Source of the DNA: Dehalococcoidia bacterium
Lineage (GTDB): Bacteria; Chloroflexota; Dehalococcoidia; UBA6926
Length of the DNA stretch: 64,000 nucleotides
Assembly (NCBI GenBank): GCA_965206275.1
Contig: OZ242203.1
Coordinates: forward strand, 1,678,485 to 1,742,484
Direction of reading: 5' to 3'
Part shown: piece by piece, positions 25,732 through 38,915 of the stretch
Layout of the letters: every line of letters begins with the position of its first letter
How positions within the stretch are numbered: the first letter of the stretch is position 1
Program-made: the position numbers and the translations under genes
Notes under the pieces: generated by a model
What the model saw: only the letters and a program-made list of their open reading frames with translations
What the model was told of the DNA's origin: nothing
Database searches by the model: none

Positions 25732-26616
25732 TTGACCGCACGTATCATCGACGGCCGGAGCATCGCGGCAGACATTCGCAAGGAAGTCGCGCGTGATGTG
25801 GCCGCGCTCAAGGCAAAGGGCATCATGCCCGGCCTTGCCGCCGTCGTTGTGGGCGATGATCCCGCCTCCCAGACATACGTCGCCAACAAGGAACGTGCAT
25901 GCCGTGAAGTTGGCATCTACACAGAGATTCACCGCATAGACTCCTCCGTTTCACAGGATGGCCTGCTGGATCTCATTGAGTCGCTGAATCGTGCAGGACG
26001 CGTCCATGGCATCCTCGTGCAACTGCCGCTGCCGCCACACATTGAGGAACACGCCATCATTGAGTGTGTCCGACCTGACAAGGATGCGGACGGCTTTCAC
26101 CCGCTCAACATCGGACATCTTGCCATCGGCGACTCCCAGTTCGTGCCCGCCACCCCGTTCGGCGTCATGGAGATGCTGCGACGGGAAAGTGTCCAGCTTG
26201 GTGGCAAGCACGCCGTTATTGTTGGTCGCAGCAACATCGTCGGGAAGCCTATCGCGACAGCATGGATGCAGGGCGATCCGAAATTCTATCCGCGCGTCAC
26301 CGTCTGTCACAGAACCGATCCCGACCTCGCCGAGGTTACGAAACAGGCGGATATCCTCGTTGTGGCTGTCGGCATTCCTGAAGTGATTACCGCCGAGATG
26401 GTCAAGCCGGGTGCTGTCGTCATCGACGTGGGCATCAACCACATTGAAGACAAGAGCCAGAAAAGGGGCTTCAAGATCGTCGGCGACGTTGACTTTGACT
26501 CCGTGTCTGAAGTGGCAAGCGCCATCACACCCGTTCCGGGCGGAGTCGGGCCCATGACCGTCGCCATGCTGCTTCGCAACACCGTCTCCGCTGCGAAGGC
26601 GCAGATTGCAGATTGA
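25732..26616 (+). CDS. folD: bifunctional methylenetetrahydrofolate dehydrogenase / methenyl-THF cyclohydrolase
   Basis: ARIIDGRSIAADIR, VVGRSNIVGKP, PVPGGVGPMTVAML. The start is assigned to TTG 25732 (uncertain). The 150-aa track extension is antisense to acpS. Confidence 0.85.
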   Translation: MTARIIDGRSIAADIRKEVARDVAALKAKGIMPGLAAVVVGDDPASQTYVANKERACREVGIYTEIHRIDSSVSQDGLLDLIESLNRAGRVHGILVQLPLPPHIEEHAIIECVRPDKDADGFHPLNIGHLAIGDSQFVPATPFGVMEMLRRESVQLGGKHAVIVGRSNIVGKPIATAWMQGDPKFYPRVTVCHRTDPDLAEVTKQADILVVAVGIPEVITAEMVKPGAVVIDVGINHIEDKSQKRGFKIVGDVDFDSVSEVASAITPVPGGVGPMTVAMLLRNTVSAAKAQIAD

Positions 26617-27026
26617 TGCGGAGAGCAGGGTGGCTCACCGCCGTGTGCGCGATACTGGCCCTCACCCTCGCCACCGGTTGTGGGGGTAGTAATGACATCG
26701 GCGCGACAGGCCTCCAGCCGGACGGCACCTATATCATCGTTGGAACCGAATTCGCCTTTGAACCGGACACCATCGAGATTCCCGTGAACGAGGAAACTGT
26801 TATCGAATTCAGAAATCTCGGCACGGTGGACCACGATCTCGTCATTGAGGAGTTCGGCGTCGCAACGGGATCAATGCGGATTGGGTCAAAGAAAACAGTC
26901 CGGTTCACCCCAACGGAAACGGGCGAATTCGCCCTCATCTGCTCCATCCCCGGTCATCCGGACGCTGGTATGACGGGAACCGTCTCCGTTGTAGAATCAC
27001 CAGTACAGACCGTTGCGCAAGGCTGA
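26616..27026 (+). CDS. cupredoxin (type-1 copper) lipoprotein
   Basis: Lipobox LTLATGC. Copper ligand pattern H...CSIPGHPDAGM. Confidence 0.75.
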   Translation: MRRAGWLTAVCAILALTLATGCGGSNDIGATGLQPDGTYIIVGTEFAFEPDTIEIPVNEETVIEFRNLGTVDHDLVIEEFGVATGSMRIGSKKTVRFTPTETGEFALICSIPGHPDAGMTGTVSVVESPVQTVAQG

Positions 27027-27034
27027 CACATCCA

Positions 27035-28144
27035 ATGACATCTGACGATACCGGCAACGATAATTCCGCCCCGTTTATGGTGGCCGATTACGAGTTTGAA
27101 CTGCCGGAACATCTCATTGCACAGCAGCCTGTTGAGCCGCGCGACCATTCCCGTCTCCTCGTCATCCACCGCGACTCCGGCCTGATTGAGCACAGGCACT
27201 TCTATGATCTCGGCTCCGTCCTCACGGAGGGAGATGTCCTCGTTGTTAATGAGACCCGTGTCATCCCCGCCCGCCTTTTGGGAACGAAACGAGACGGCGG
27301 CGGACGTGTCGAGATTCTCCTGATTCGTCCCGTGGCGGGAACCGGTGAGGGAGTTGAGGCAAATGAGCGCATGTGGACCGCGATGGTGCGGCCCTCCCGC
27401 CGCGTCGCTGCAAACACCATCGTGGAGCTGGACGCCCCCGGCGCGCCGCGAGTCCATGTCGGACAGCAATACACAGACGGCACCCGGCTCGTCACCCTGC
27501 CGGAGGGCTTCGTCCTTGATGATGTCGGTCAGGTTCCCTTGCCGCCGTACATCCGGCAGGAGATCCCGAACCTCGAACGGTATCAGACCATCTACGCATC
27601 CAAACCCGGCAGCGTCGCCGCTCCTACCGCCGGTCTCCATTTCACACCGGAGCTGATGGACGGTTTGCAAGAGCAGGGTATCCGCATTGCCCGCCTCACC
27701 CTGGACGTAGGCCCTGGCACATTCAGGCCTGTAAAGGTCGATGACCCGCGCGAGCATGTCATGGGACAGGAACGCTACGAGTTGCCGGATGAGGCTGCAG
27801 AGGCCATCTCGCAGGCGCTTGCAGAGGGTCGCCGTGTCGTCGCCGTCGGTTCAACTCCCGTCCGCGCGCTTGAAACAATCGCCATTAACCAGGGTCTTGC
27901 GGCCGGTCAAGGGGAATCACGGAGAATCGCTCCAGAGATTGGAGAGACTGAACTCATGATTCTCCCGGGTTTCCAGTTCAAAGTGATTGGGGCGATGATC
28001 ACCAACTTCCACCTCCCGCGTTCCACCCTCCTTATGTTGGCCTCTGCCTTCGCGAGCAAAGAACTGGTGGATCGCGCATACCGCGAGGCAATTGCCCAGG
28101 AATACCGTTTCTACTCCTTCGGCGACTCCATGATCATGCTGTAG
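27035..28144 (+). CDS. queA: S-adenosylmethionine:tRNA ribosyltransferase-isomerase
   Basis: YEFELPEHLIAQQPVEPRDHSRLLV, AAPTAGLHFT, FYSFGDSM. Confidence 0.9.
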   Translation: MTSDDTGNDNSAPFMVADYEFELPEHLIAQQPVEPRDHSRLLVIHRDSGLIEHRHFYDLGSVLTEGDVLVVNETRVIPARLLGTKRDGGGRVEILLIRPVAGTGEGVEANERMWTAMVRPSRRVAANTIVELDAPGAPRVHVGQQYTDGTRLVTLPEGFVLDDVGQVPLPPYIRQEIPNLERYQTIYASKPGSVAAPTAGLHFTPELMDGLQEQGIRIARLTLDVGPGTFRPVKVDDPREHVMGQERYELPDEAAEAISQALAEGRRVVAVGSTPVRALETIAINQGLAAGQGESRRIAPEIGETELMILPGFQFKVIGAMITNFHLPRSTLLMLASAFASKELVDRAYREAIAQEYRFYSFGDSMIML

Positions 28145-28161
28145 CAAGAGGAACACGATAC

Positions 28162-29238
28162 ATGATTGACCGCGACCGATTGGTAAAGACCTTCACAGAC
28201 CTCGTCCGCATTGACAGCCCATCTGGTGAAGAAGCCGCCATTGCGGACGTGCTCACTGACCGCCTAAGCGCACTTGGATTCAAGGTCTCGCGTGACGCCT
28301 ACGGCAACGTCATTGCCAGTGAGCCAGGCGATGACCCTGTTCTCCTCTCCGCCCACATGGACACCGTTGAACCCGGCCGTGGTGTGAATCCCATCATCGA
28401 TGGCGACGTTATCCACACGGACGGTTCCACAGTCCTTGGCGGCGACTGCAAGGCTGGCCTTTCTGTGGTCCTTGAGGCGCTTGAGTCTTTGCAAGCCGAT
28501 GGCGCAGCCCGTCGCCCGGTTGAAATCGCCCTCACGCGCGAGGAGGAAATAGGGCTCGTCGGTGCGAAGAATCTCGACTTCTCTATGCTTCGCAGCAAGC
28601 AAGCCATAGTCTTTGACGGTGAGGGCCCTGCATACCATGTGACCACCGGCAGTCCCACCTATCTCGCATTCGATATTGACATCACCGGACGAGCCGCTCA
28701 CGCGGGCGTCGAACCGGAAAAGGGCATCTCCGCCATCCAGATTGCCGCCGAGATGATTGTCCAGATGCGAATCGGCCGTCTCGATGAGAACACCACCTTC
28801 AATGTTGGATTGATTGAGGGGGGCAGTGTTCGCAACGCGGTGCCGGAACACGCAAACCTGCACGGGGAAACTCGCAGCCATGACCCTGAAGCCCTGGAGC
28901 GCGTCCGCTCCTATCTCCTCAACATCGTCCAGGACACCCAAGGACGCTGGACGGAAGCCACCATTAACTGTGAACTCACCGAGCAGTTCGTTGGTTATCG
29001 GCTGGATGAGAACGCCGGCTTGCTCGCCCGTGTCAAGGACACGCTCACGACTCTCGGCATGACGCCTGAACTTGCAATATCCGGCGGGGGCACGGACGGC
29101 AACGTCTTTGTCCTCAACGGCATTGAGGCCGTCGTTGTTGGCGCGGCCATGCATGACGCCCATACCGTACGTGAGAGCGTCAGGATTTCAGAGCTTGAAC
29201 AGGGCGCGCAATTCTGCCGCGCGCTCATCGAAATCTAA
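28162..29238 (+). CDS. M20-family metallopeptidase (tripeptidase-like)
   Basis: LLSAHMDTVEPG, TREEEIGLVGA, and about 360 aa long. Confidence 0.8.
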   Translation: MIDRDRLVKTFTDLVRIDSPSGEEAAIADVLTDRLSALGFKVSRDAYGNVIASEPGDDPVLLSAHMDTVEPGRGVNPIIDGDVIHTDGSTVLGGDCKAGLSVVLEALESLQADGAARRPVEIALTREEEIGLVGAKNLDFSMLRSKQAIVFDGEGPAYHVTTGSPTYLAFDIDITGRAAHAGVEPEKGISAIQIAAEMIVQMRIGRLDENTTFNVGLIEGGSVRNAVPEHANLHGETRSHDPEALERVRSYLLNIVQDTQGRWTEATINCELTEQFVGYRLDENAGLLARVKDTLTTLGMTPELAISGGGTDGNVFVLNGIEAVVVGAAMHDAHTVRESVRISELEQGAQFCRALIEI

Positions 29239-29247
29239 ACCCGCTCG

Positions 29248-29266
29248 CCCTGAGCTTGTCGAAGGG
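29248..29266. repeat. REP-like module A
   Basis: CCCTGAGCTTGTCGAAGGG, 10 nt after the peptidase stop. Confidence 0.6.
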
Positions 29267-29297
29267 CTGTTCACATCCAAAATGCCCGCGTGTCGCA

Positions 29298-29327
29298 TTG
29301 ACATGCGCTTCCCGGCGTCCGTATAGT
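29298..29327 (+). promoter_or_regulatory. candidate rRNA promoter TTGACA-18-TATAGT
   Basis: Consensus -35 and near-consensus -10 hexamers, about 130 nt upstream of the 23S 5' end. Confidence 0.5.
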
Positions 29328-29362
29328 GGTAGTTCGCGCCCGTCTTCGGACGGGTGCTGGAT

Positions 29363-29443
29363 GGTTGGCGCCTTAACAAGTGAATAGGTCAAGAATGGTC
29401 AGTATTGTACTGACCGCGGTTCTTCAATGAAAACGGAAACGAG
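29363..29443 (+). other. 5' strand of the 23S processing helix
   Basis: 29363-29393 is complementary (29/31 Watson-Crick, with one G-U and one mismatch, by hand) to 32508-32538. GGAAACGAG (29435-29443) pairs with CTCGTTTCC (32459-32467). Confidence 0.6.
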
Positions 29444-29459
29444 TTAAAAACGATAGTAG

Positions 29460-32452
<2,993 letters not shown>

Positions 32453-32458
32453 TACTAC

Positions 32459-32538
32459 CTCGTTTCCACCCACAAAAGAAGATCAAAGGTCAGCACAGAA
32501 ATCTACTCTTGACCCATTCACTTGTTTAGGCGCCAACC
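32459..32538 (+). other. 3' strand of the 23S processing helix
   Basis: See 29363-29443. Confidence 0.6.
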
Positions 32539-32601
32539 GCCATAATCTCCTTTGCCACCAGTGATAGCGGCGCGTATACTTGGATTCACGTTTCATCACA
32601 A

Positions 32602-32676
<75 letters not shown>

Positions 32677-32690
32677 ATCTCTTCTGATCC

Positions 32691-33443
32691 ATGTCCCGGT
32701 CCCTGACACTCTTTACCCTCTTCGGCACGGCGGTGAGAGTCCACATCTCATGGCCTATCGTCGCCGTCTTCATTACCGCTGTCTTTGCGCTCGCCATCCT
32801 CCCGGATCGAAACCCTGACTGGAGCGTGCCCCAACTGTGGCTGACCGGCGCCCTGATTGCCGTCACCCTTGCCGCGTCCGTTCTTGTGCATGAACTCGCC
32901 CACGTCGCCGTCGGGCGACGACTCGGCATGAGAGCAACAGCCATCACACTGTTCATATTCGGTGGCGTCTCCGCTATGGAAACCGACGCAGCCAAACCGA
33001 AGGCGGAACTCCTCGTCTCAATCGCCGGTCCCCTAACCAGCCTCACCATTGGCCTCCTCGCTATTGCGCTATTGAGACCTGAGCCAACCCTCGGCACCCC
33101 CGGTGCAGATACCTTATTTGCCCAAACGATGCTCTACTACATAGCCCTCACCAACATCGTTCTGGGCATCTTCAACCTGGTTCCCGCCTTCCCGCTCGAC
33201 GGTGGCCGCGTCCTAAACGCCATCCTTTGGGTTATTACGGGAGACCGACGACGCGCCTTGCGAACGGCGTCACTCATCGGCCAACTCGGCGCAGCCGTGA
33301 TGATCGTCTATGGCGCCTACAACCTCTTCTTTGGCGAGCTGCTTATTGGCGTCTGGTTCATCGCCATCGGCGTCTTCCTCATGGAAGCAGCGGTGGGAGC
33401 AAGCGAGTCAAGGAGTGTTGACGAAACAAGAGCAACATCCTGA
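32691..33443 (+). CDS. M50-family site-2 protease
   Basis: HELAHV in a TM helix and FNLVPAFPLDGG. Confidence 0.85.
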   Translation: MSRSLTLFTLFGTAVRVHISWPIVAVFITAVFALAILPDRNPDWSVPQLWLTGALIAVTLAASVLVHELAHVAVGRRLGMRATAITLFIFGGVSAMETDAAKPKAELLVSIAGPLTSLTIGLLAIALLRPEPTLGTPGADTLFAQTMLYYIALTNIVLGIFNLVPAFPLDGGRVLNAILWVITGDRRRALRTASLIGQLGAAVMIVYGAYNLFFGELLIGVWFIAIGVFLMEAAVGASESRSVDETRATS

Positions 33444-33592
33444 ACGGCCTGATCAAACGCCATTCGGTTGCGCTGTGAAGGCACCCGATAGCCGCTGATC
33501 TTCCGCACGAACTGCAGCGCCGCCTCCCGAATCTCATCCTCGGACGCCGCCGGCCCGTCACTGACCCTCAAGCGCTTAATACTCCGGCACAT
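33317..33592 (-). CDS. DUF2277-family small protein
   Basis: MCRSIKRL.....PA.EDEIREAALQFVRKISG matches the family N-terminus as I remember it. The 3' third overlaps the M50 gene. Confidence 0.6.
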   Translation of the reverse strand: MCRSIKRLRVSDGPAASEDEIREAALQFVRKISGYRVPSQRNRMAFDQAVQDVALVSSTLLDSLAPTAASMRKTPMAMNQTPISSSPKKRL

Positions 33593-33652
33593 CTCGAAAT
33601 CTCCTTATGATGTCGCCACATCAAGATGCCGATCGGTGTATACGGTCGGCGT

Positions 33653-34606
33653 TTATTCTGCAGTCAGACGTTTTAACTCCGTCGGGAGTTCTGCCCCGCC
33701 GTACACTTCATCCAGGAACTCAAAGATAGCCGGATGGTCGTCCTCTATGTCATCGCGGCTGTTACTGAGGCTATACCATGGGAATGAGTACACTTCAAAA
33801 TAAGCCGTGCTAAATACTGCAAAGAACTCTCTGGTATTAGACATTAGATATGTTTCCGGATAGAGGTTGTCTTGCAAAGCCGAATCATAAAAGGCATCCC
33901 ACTCACTGTGATCCTCTGCCGTGAAACAGAGGTTTTGAATGCTATGAGCGAATTCATGGACTGTGGTATGCGCGATGCGCCAAACGGGACCCACATTAAG
34001 TCCGAGTAGTTTTTCTTCTGAGATTGCCATTAACGCGAGGCCTAGTCTTGTGCTGTTGAGGCCGCGTAAGGATGCCCACGACCTTCCATCATGAGTTGTA
34101 GTTGTTACGTCCTCCAGATGAGCATATTCTGGCAACGCAGTGATTTTTTCATCCTTTGAAATGATTGCCACTTCCATGCCTGTTTCAGCTATGCACTCGG
34201 CAATGTCTGGCCGGCCGGATAGCATAGGGCCAATCATACCTGCCGCTGAGCTAAGGGCCATTGGATCGATTGCGTCATTTCCTTTGATAGTGACACCTTT
34301 GACGGTAACGAACTGGGTATAGTAAAGGTCTTCAGGGCTAGGAGTAGGCGTCGGCGTAGCAGTGGGAACAGGTGTGGGAGTAGGCGTCGGCGTGGGAGTG
34401 AGCGTGGGTGCCGGCGTAGGGGTGAGAGTAGGTGTCGGCGTGGGGGTGAGGGTAGGTGTCGGCGTAGAAGTGGAAGTAGGTGCTGGCGGTGGCTGCGGGG
34501 TAGCTGTTGATTCGGGCGTTTCGTTAGTGCATCCAATCAGTACAGCAGACGCTATGATGAGTGCTACAGCATAAATTAGCCAATTGCCACAGTTCGACCA
34601 AGACAT
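33653..34606 (-). CDS. lipoprotein with TP-repeat linker and HExxH metalloprotease-like domain
   Basis: Lipobox AVLIGC, a 57-aa (T/P)n linker, and HEFAHS. Confidence 0.7.
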   Translation of the reverse strand: MSWSNCGNWLIYAVALIIASAVLIGCTNETPESTATPQPPPAPTSTSTPTPTLTPTPTPTLTPTPAPTLTPTPTPTPTPVPTATPTPTPSPEDLYYTQFVTVKGVTIKGNDAIDPMALSSAAGMIGPMLSGRPDIAECIAETGMEVAIISKDEKITALPEYAHLEDVTTTTHDGRSWASLRGLNSTRLGLALMAISEEKLLGLNVGPVWRIAHTTVHEFAHSIQNLCFTAEDHSEWDAFYDSALQDNLYPETYLMSNTREFFAVFSTAYFEVYSFPWYSLSNSRDDIEDDHPAIFEFLDEVYGGAELPTELKRLTAE

Positions 34607-34725
34607 TTCCTAGAGCCTCCGGTATATATCTGGGTGTTGAGACCCTTGTACGTGTATCCAAGAAAGCTTGCCCACTAACGAATGAGCATGTCAACCACAT
34701 CTCCCTCCTCTGCTATTCTGTCCAC

Positions 34726-35199
34726 ATGACGGCTTCCAATCGGTCAAACGGCGCTAACCCGGACGCCCGCCAGCGCGCACGTGACATCATCTCCGGCTAC
34801 GTCGGCCACAAGGGCGCGTTGCTCATGGCACTGCTGGATGTCCAATACCAGCTCAACTACATCCCCGAAACGACCGTTGATGACGCCGCTGAAATCCTTG
34901 GCTACTCGCAGCCCGAGGTCTGGGGCGTCCTCTCCTTCTACTCCGATTTCTCCGTGGGGCAGGGCAGCGACCACTTCATTGACGTGTGCATCGATGCCCC
35001 GTGCCACGTGACCGGCGCTCGCTCGATAGAGCGCGCTATCCGTGACGCGGTGGCTGATTCAGACGTCGAAGTACGCACCATTTCCTGCCCGCGCCTTTGC
35101 AACCAGGCCCCCGTCGTGGCCTACGACCAGCGATGGCGCGGCCAGCTAACGCCGGACACCGCCGCCGAATTCGCCCGAAAGATGGGAGTCGCTTCCTAA
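34726..35199 (+). CDS. NuoE-like [2Fe-2S] thioredoxin-fold subunit
   Basis: CIDAPCHVTG...ISCPRLCNQAP cysteine pattern. I chose the internal ATG 34726. Confidence 0.8.
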   Translation: MTASNRSNGANPDARQRARDIISGYVGHKGALLMALLDVQYQLNYIPETTVDDAAEILGYSQPEVWGVLSFYSDFSVGQGSDHFIDVCIDAPCHVTGARSIERAIRDAVADSDVEVRTISCPRLCNQAPVVAYDQRWRGQLTPDTAAEFARKMGVAS

Positions 35200-35201
35200 C
35201 T

Positions 35202-36920
35202 ATGCCGTCTGATCTCTACACCACCCTTAAGCAAGAAGCGGATGCCGCATGGGCGGAATGGGATGATCCGTCCGTTGCTCGCGTCAGCGTCGGCATCTCC
35301 GCCGCCGCTCTCACCGTCGGCGCAGGCGAAACGCTTGACGCCGTCCGGCGCGCGCTCCACACGTTCAACATCAAAGCCCGCGTGCTTGAAGTCGGCGATA
35401 TTGGCTTCTCGTGGGCCGATCCCGTCGTTCATATCGCTCCCGCCAACATGCCGCGCATCACTTATGGGAATGTGACTGCAGACAAAGTTAATGACCTTAT
35501 TCGTGATGTGCTTGTCGATGGCAATCTCCGGCCTGACCTGGCTCTCGGTGTGCAGGGCGACACTCCCATCGCCGGCGTAGATATTCCTCTCCTCGATGAA
35601 CAGTCCTGGATGCGTGACCAACTCCGACTTCTGATGGCCAATTTCGGCCACATTGAACCGGGCAACCTGATGCACTACGTTGCGCGCGGCGGCCTGAAAT
35701 CGCTGGACAAGGCGCTCAATGAGATGTCGCCGCAGGACGTGGTCGATACCGTCCGCAACTCCGGACTGCGCGGCCGCGGCGGCGCGCTCTTCCCCGCCGG
35801 CGTCAAATGGAGCTTCATGGGCCCGCCCGGCCCCGGCGATCGCTACCTCGCAATCAACGGTGAGGAAGGCGACCCCGGCGCGTTCACCGACGCCGCGATC
35901 TTCGAGAATGATCCCCATCGATTGCTCGAGGGTGTGCTGATCGCCTCATATGCGATGGGAGCGAACAAGAGCTATATCCACATCCGCGCGGAGTATCGGC
36001 TGCCCCTTGAACGCCTCCGACGCGCCCTCCATGAGATGGAGGAGCGCGGACTGGTCGGCGACAATGTCATGGGCACCGAGTTCTCCCACGAGGTTGAGAT
36101 TGAGGCCACCGGCCACGCCTACATTTGCGGCGAAGAGACGGCCCTGATGGAATCCGTTGAGGGCCATCGCGGCGCGCCGCGCCCGCGCCCGCCGTTCCCT
36201 GCCGCCTACGGCATCTTTGGCCGCCCGACCACCATCAACAACGTCAAGACGATTTCCTATGTCCCTCACGTGCTCGAGATGGGTGCGGAGGCATTCGCCG
36301 CCATCGGTACGGAAAACGCATCCGGCACGGCAATGTTGTCACTTTCCGGCCATATAAATAAACCGGGAATTGCAGAAATCCCCGTTGGAATTAATCTTAC
36401 TGGAGTTATTGAAAACGTTGCAGGCGGCATCCGAAACGGCAAACAGCCGAAGGCTCTCCAGTGCGGCGGCCCGCTCGGCGGCATCATGTCCGCTGATGAG
36501 ATGGATATGCCTGCCGAGTTCCAGGCTATGACCGCCAAGGGCAGCCCGCTCGGCTCCGGCGGTATTCTTGCCCTTGATGAGGACACCTGCATAGTCGATC
36601 TCGTCAAAAACATCGCCGAGTTCATCGACGAGGAATCGTGCGGCAAATGCTTCCCGTGCCGCAAGGGGGCGACGCACATCTCCCGCCTGCTTGCCACCAT
36701 CACGGAAGGCTTCGGGCAGGAGGGCGACCTTGCCAAGATGCAGAACGTCGGCACCGCCATGGTGCAGGGCTCGCTCTGCGGCCTCGGCCAACTTGCCCCC
36801 GGCGTCCTGAACAACGCTATCCGCTACTTCCGCGCGGAATTTGAGGAGCACATAGATGAAAAATTCTGTCGCACCGGCTCCTGCGCGGCCCTGACCCGTC
36901 AGGAACAGCCCGTTGCCTAA
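35202..36920 (+). CDS. NuoF-like NAD(H)-binding FMN/[4Fe-4S] subunit (FdsB-type with N-terminal extension)
   Basis: GLRGRGGALFPAGVKW, GEEGDPGAF, ESCGKCFPCRKG. Confidence 0.85.
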   Translation: MPSDLYTTLKQEADAAWAEWDDPSVARVSVGISAAALTVGAGETLDAVRRALHTFNIKARVLEVGDIGFSWADPVVHIAPANMPRITYGNVTADKVNDLIRDVLVDGNLRPDLALGVQGDTPIAGVDIPLLDEQSWMRDQLRLLMANFGHIEPGNLMHYVARGGLKSLDKALNEMSPQDVVDTVRNSGLRGRGGALFPAGVKWSFMGPPGPGDRYLAINGEEGDPGAFTDAAIFENDPHRLLEGVLIASYAMGANKSYIHIRAEYRLPLERLRRALHEMEERGLVGDNVMGTEFSHEVEIEATGHAYICGEETALMESVEGHRGAPRPRPPFPAAYGIFGRPTTINNVKTISYVPHVLEMGAEAFAAIGTENASGTAMLSLSGHINKPGIAEIPVGINLTGVIENVAGGIRNGKQPKALQCGGPLGGIMSADEMDMPAEFQAMTAKGSPLGSGGILALDEDTCIVDLVKNIAEFIDEESCGKCFPCRKGATHISRLLATITEGFGQEGDLAKMQNVGTAMVQGSLCGLGQLAPGVLNNAIRYFRAEFEEHIDEKFCRTGSCAALTRQEQPVA

Positions 36921-37854
36921 GATAATCCTTGATATGGACGTGGGAGTTGATGACTCCCTCGCTATCCTGCTTGCGCTTCGCTCACCGGAATTGGAGATCC
37001 TCGGCATCACGGCCGTAGCTGGTAACGCCCCTTTGGAAAACACGGCGAATAACGTGCTGCGCGTGCTGGAAGCGGCGGGGAGGACGGAAATACCCGTCGC
37101 CCGCGGCGCTGCCAAACCACTCACTCGAGAACCTGAAGCCGCGCTCCACGTCCACGGCAACGATGGCCTTGGCAGCGCTCCCGTCCCCCAGCCCACACAG
37201 ATGACCTTTGATGAGCGCACTGCCGTTCAGTTCATCTCCGATATCGTTATGACGCACGAGCCAGATGAAATAACCCTCATACCGACAGGCCCCATGACGA
37301 ATGTCGCCCATTTGATGCGCGAGGCTCCGGAAGCCTTTGCGCGACTGGACAGAGTCGTCCTCATGGGCGGCGCTTTCGCGCTCACCCCGTACGGCCACGG
37401 CAACGTCACGACTGTTTCCGAGTTCAACATCTGGGCGGATCCGGAAGCCGCCGCTGAGTTATTTGACGGGGATATCCCGGTTACTGCCATCGGCCTCGAC
37501 GTGACTACTGATCCCACCGGCTCCATCAACCCCGAACGTCATGAACGACTCCGCGATAGCGCAGACCCATACGCCCGGCTCGCGGCCCTCATCAGCACCC
37601 AGGTGCTCGAGCGATTCGGCGTCGTCAATATCCATGACGCGCAAGCCGTTGCTTACGTTATCGACCCAACAGTGTTTGAGATACAGCCATATGCCGTTGA
37701 GATCATCACGCAGGACGGCTCGGTGCGAGGGCAAACGATAGCGGACAGGCGGCCACGCCGCCCCGCGGATGCCAAACGCGTAGACGTTGCGGTTGATGTT
37801 GACGGCCCGCGCTTCCTTGAACTCTTGTTGGGGCGGCTGACACAGGAGGCGTGA
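36913..37854 (+). CDS. nucleoside hydrolase (IUNH family)
   Basis: ILDMDVGVDDSLAIL aspartate cluster. Confidence 0.85.
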   Translation: MPKIILDMDVGVDDSLAILLALRSPELEILGITAVAGNAPLENTANNVLRVLEAAGRTEIPVARGAAKPLTREPEAALHVHGNDGLGSAPVPQPTQMTFDERTAVQFISDIVMTHEPDEITLIPTGPMTNVAHLMREAPEAFARLDRVVLMGGAFALTPYGHGNVTTVSEFNIWADPEAAAELFDGDIPVTAIGLDVTTDPTGSINPERHERLRDSADPYARLAALISTQVLERFGVVNIHDAQAVAYVIDPTVFEIQPYAVEIITQDGSVRGQTIADRRPRRPADAKRVDVAVDVDGPRFLELLLGRLTQEA

Positions 37855-38846
37855 CGACTACGCAAGCGCCCCTCGTTGTTGCCGTCGGGGCCATCAACTG
37901 GGACGTAACCCTGTTCGTGGAGTCGCTGCCGTCCCCCGGCCAGGAAGTCACGGTCTCCGAAGTTGCGCGCGTTCCCGGCGGTACCGCCGCCAACGTCGCC
38001 GTCGCTGCCGCTCGATTGCTCGCGCCGGATTCCGTCACTTTTGTCGGCGCGCTTGGCGATGACGCCATCGCAGACCAACAGCGCCATATTCTGCGGTCAG
38101 AGGGAGTGTCTACGGACGGCATAGCGACGATTCCCGAAACTGAGTCCGGCCAGGCCTTCATCCTCGTTGACGCCAACAGTCAGAACGTCATCGCCAGCGC
38201 GCTCGGTGCAAACGCCTTTCTTGCACCGGAGCACGCCCGCCAACCTGCCGCCCGCACCGTGCTTTCTCGCTCCCGCTCCTGCGCCATAACCGATCCGCCC
38301 CTATCCGTTATTGAGGAGATCCTGTATATCACCACCGCAACCGACTGCCGTGTTTCATGGGACCCCGGCGTGCTGGTCACGGGCGATAAGAGCATCGTTC
38401 TCCCCATGGCCCGCCGCATGGATACCCTCCTCCTGAACGAAGAAGAAACGGCCACGCTCTTTGAGGAGGACGCCCCGCGTCAAATCGCTGTCCGCCTCTT
38501 GGCCGACGGATGGAGAAACCGCATCATCCTCAAGAAGGGTGGACAGGGAGCAACCGTCATTGACCTTGCAAACGGCCAACTCATTGAAGTGCCGCCGCTC
38601 CCGCTTACCGAGCTGGGCATGAATCCGGTTAACAGCGTCGGTGCAGGTGATGCCTTCCATGGCGCCCTGGCCGCTCTCCAAGCCCAAGGACAGGAATTCA
38701 CTGATGCGTTGCTTGGTGCGACGGCCGCCGCCGGCATCAACGTCTCTCGTTCCGGCACACGAGACGCCCCAACATCCGATGAGCTGGCACAAGTGCTGGC
38801 TGCCTGGCGCGAGATTGGCGGGGCAGCCAACACAAGCCCACTATGA
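37851..38846 (+). CDS. PfkB-family sugar/nucleoside kinase (ribokinase-like)
   Basis: VGAINWD, GGTAANVA, SVGAGDAFHGALA. Confidence 0.8.
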   Translation: MTTTQAPLVVAVGAINWDVTLFVESLPSPGQEVTVSEVARVPGGTAANVAVAAARLLAPDSVTFVGALGDDAIADQQRHILRSEGVSTDGIATIPETESGQAFILVDANSQNVIASALGANAFLAPEHARQPAARTVLSRSRSCAITDPPLSVIEEILYITTATDCRVSWDPGVLVTGDKSIVLPMARRMDTLLLNEEETATLFEEDAPRQIAVRLLADGWRNRIILKKGGQGATVIDLANGQLIEVPPLPLTELGMNPVNSVGAGDAFHGALAALQAQGQEFTDALLGATAAAGINVSRSGTRDAPTSDELAQVLAAWREIGGAANTSPL

Positions 38847-38915
38847 CTCGGCGCTATAGTGGTATGAGTTCTCTATCCCACAATCCAGCAACCTAATCTG
38901 AACGGGAGGCAAAGC

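Noticed and set aside
32541-32601. GCCACCAGTGATAGCGGCGCG resembles the 5' end of a 5S rRNA
   Set aside because: Only about 60 nt are available before the tRNA-Met, and none of the later 5S motifs (CCGAAC, GAAGTTAAG-type) are present. It is not a 5S gene.
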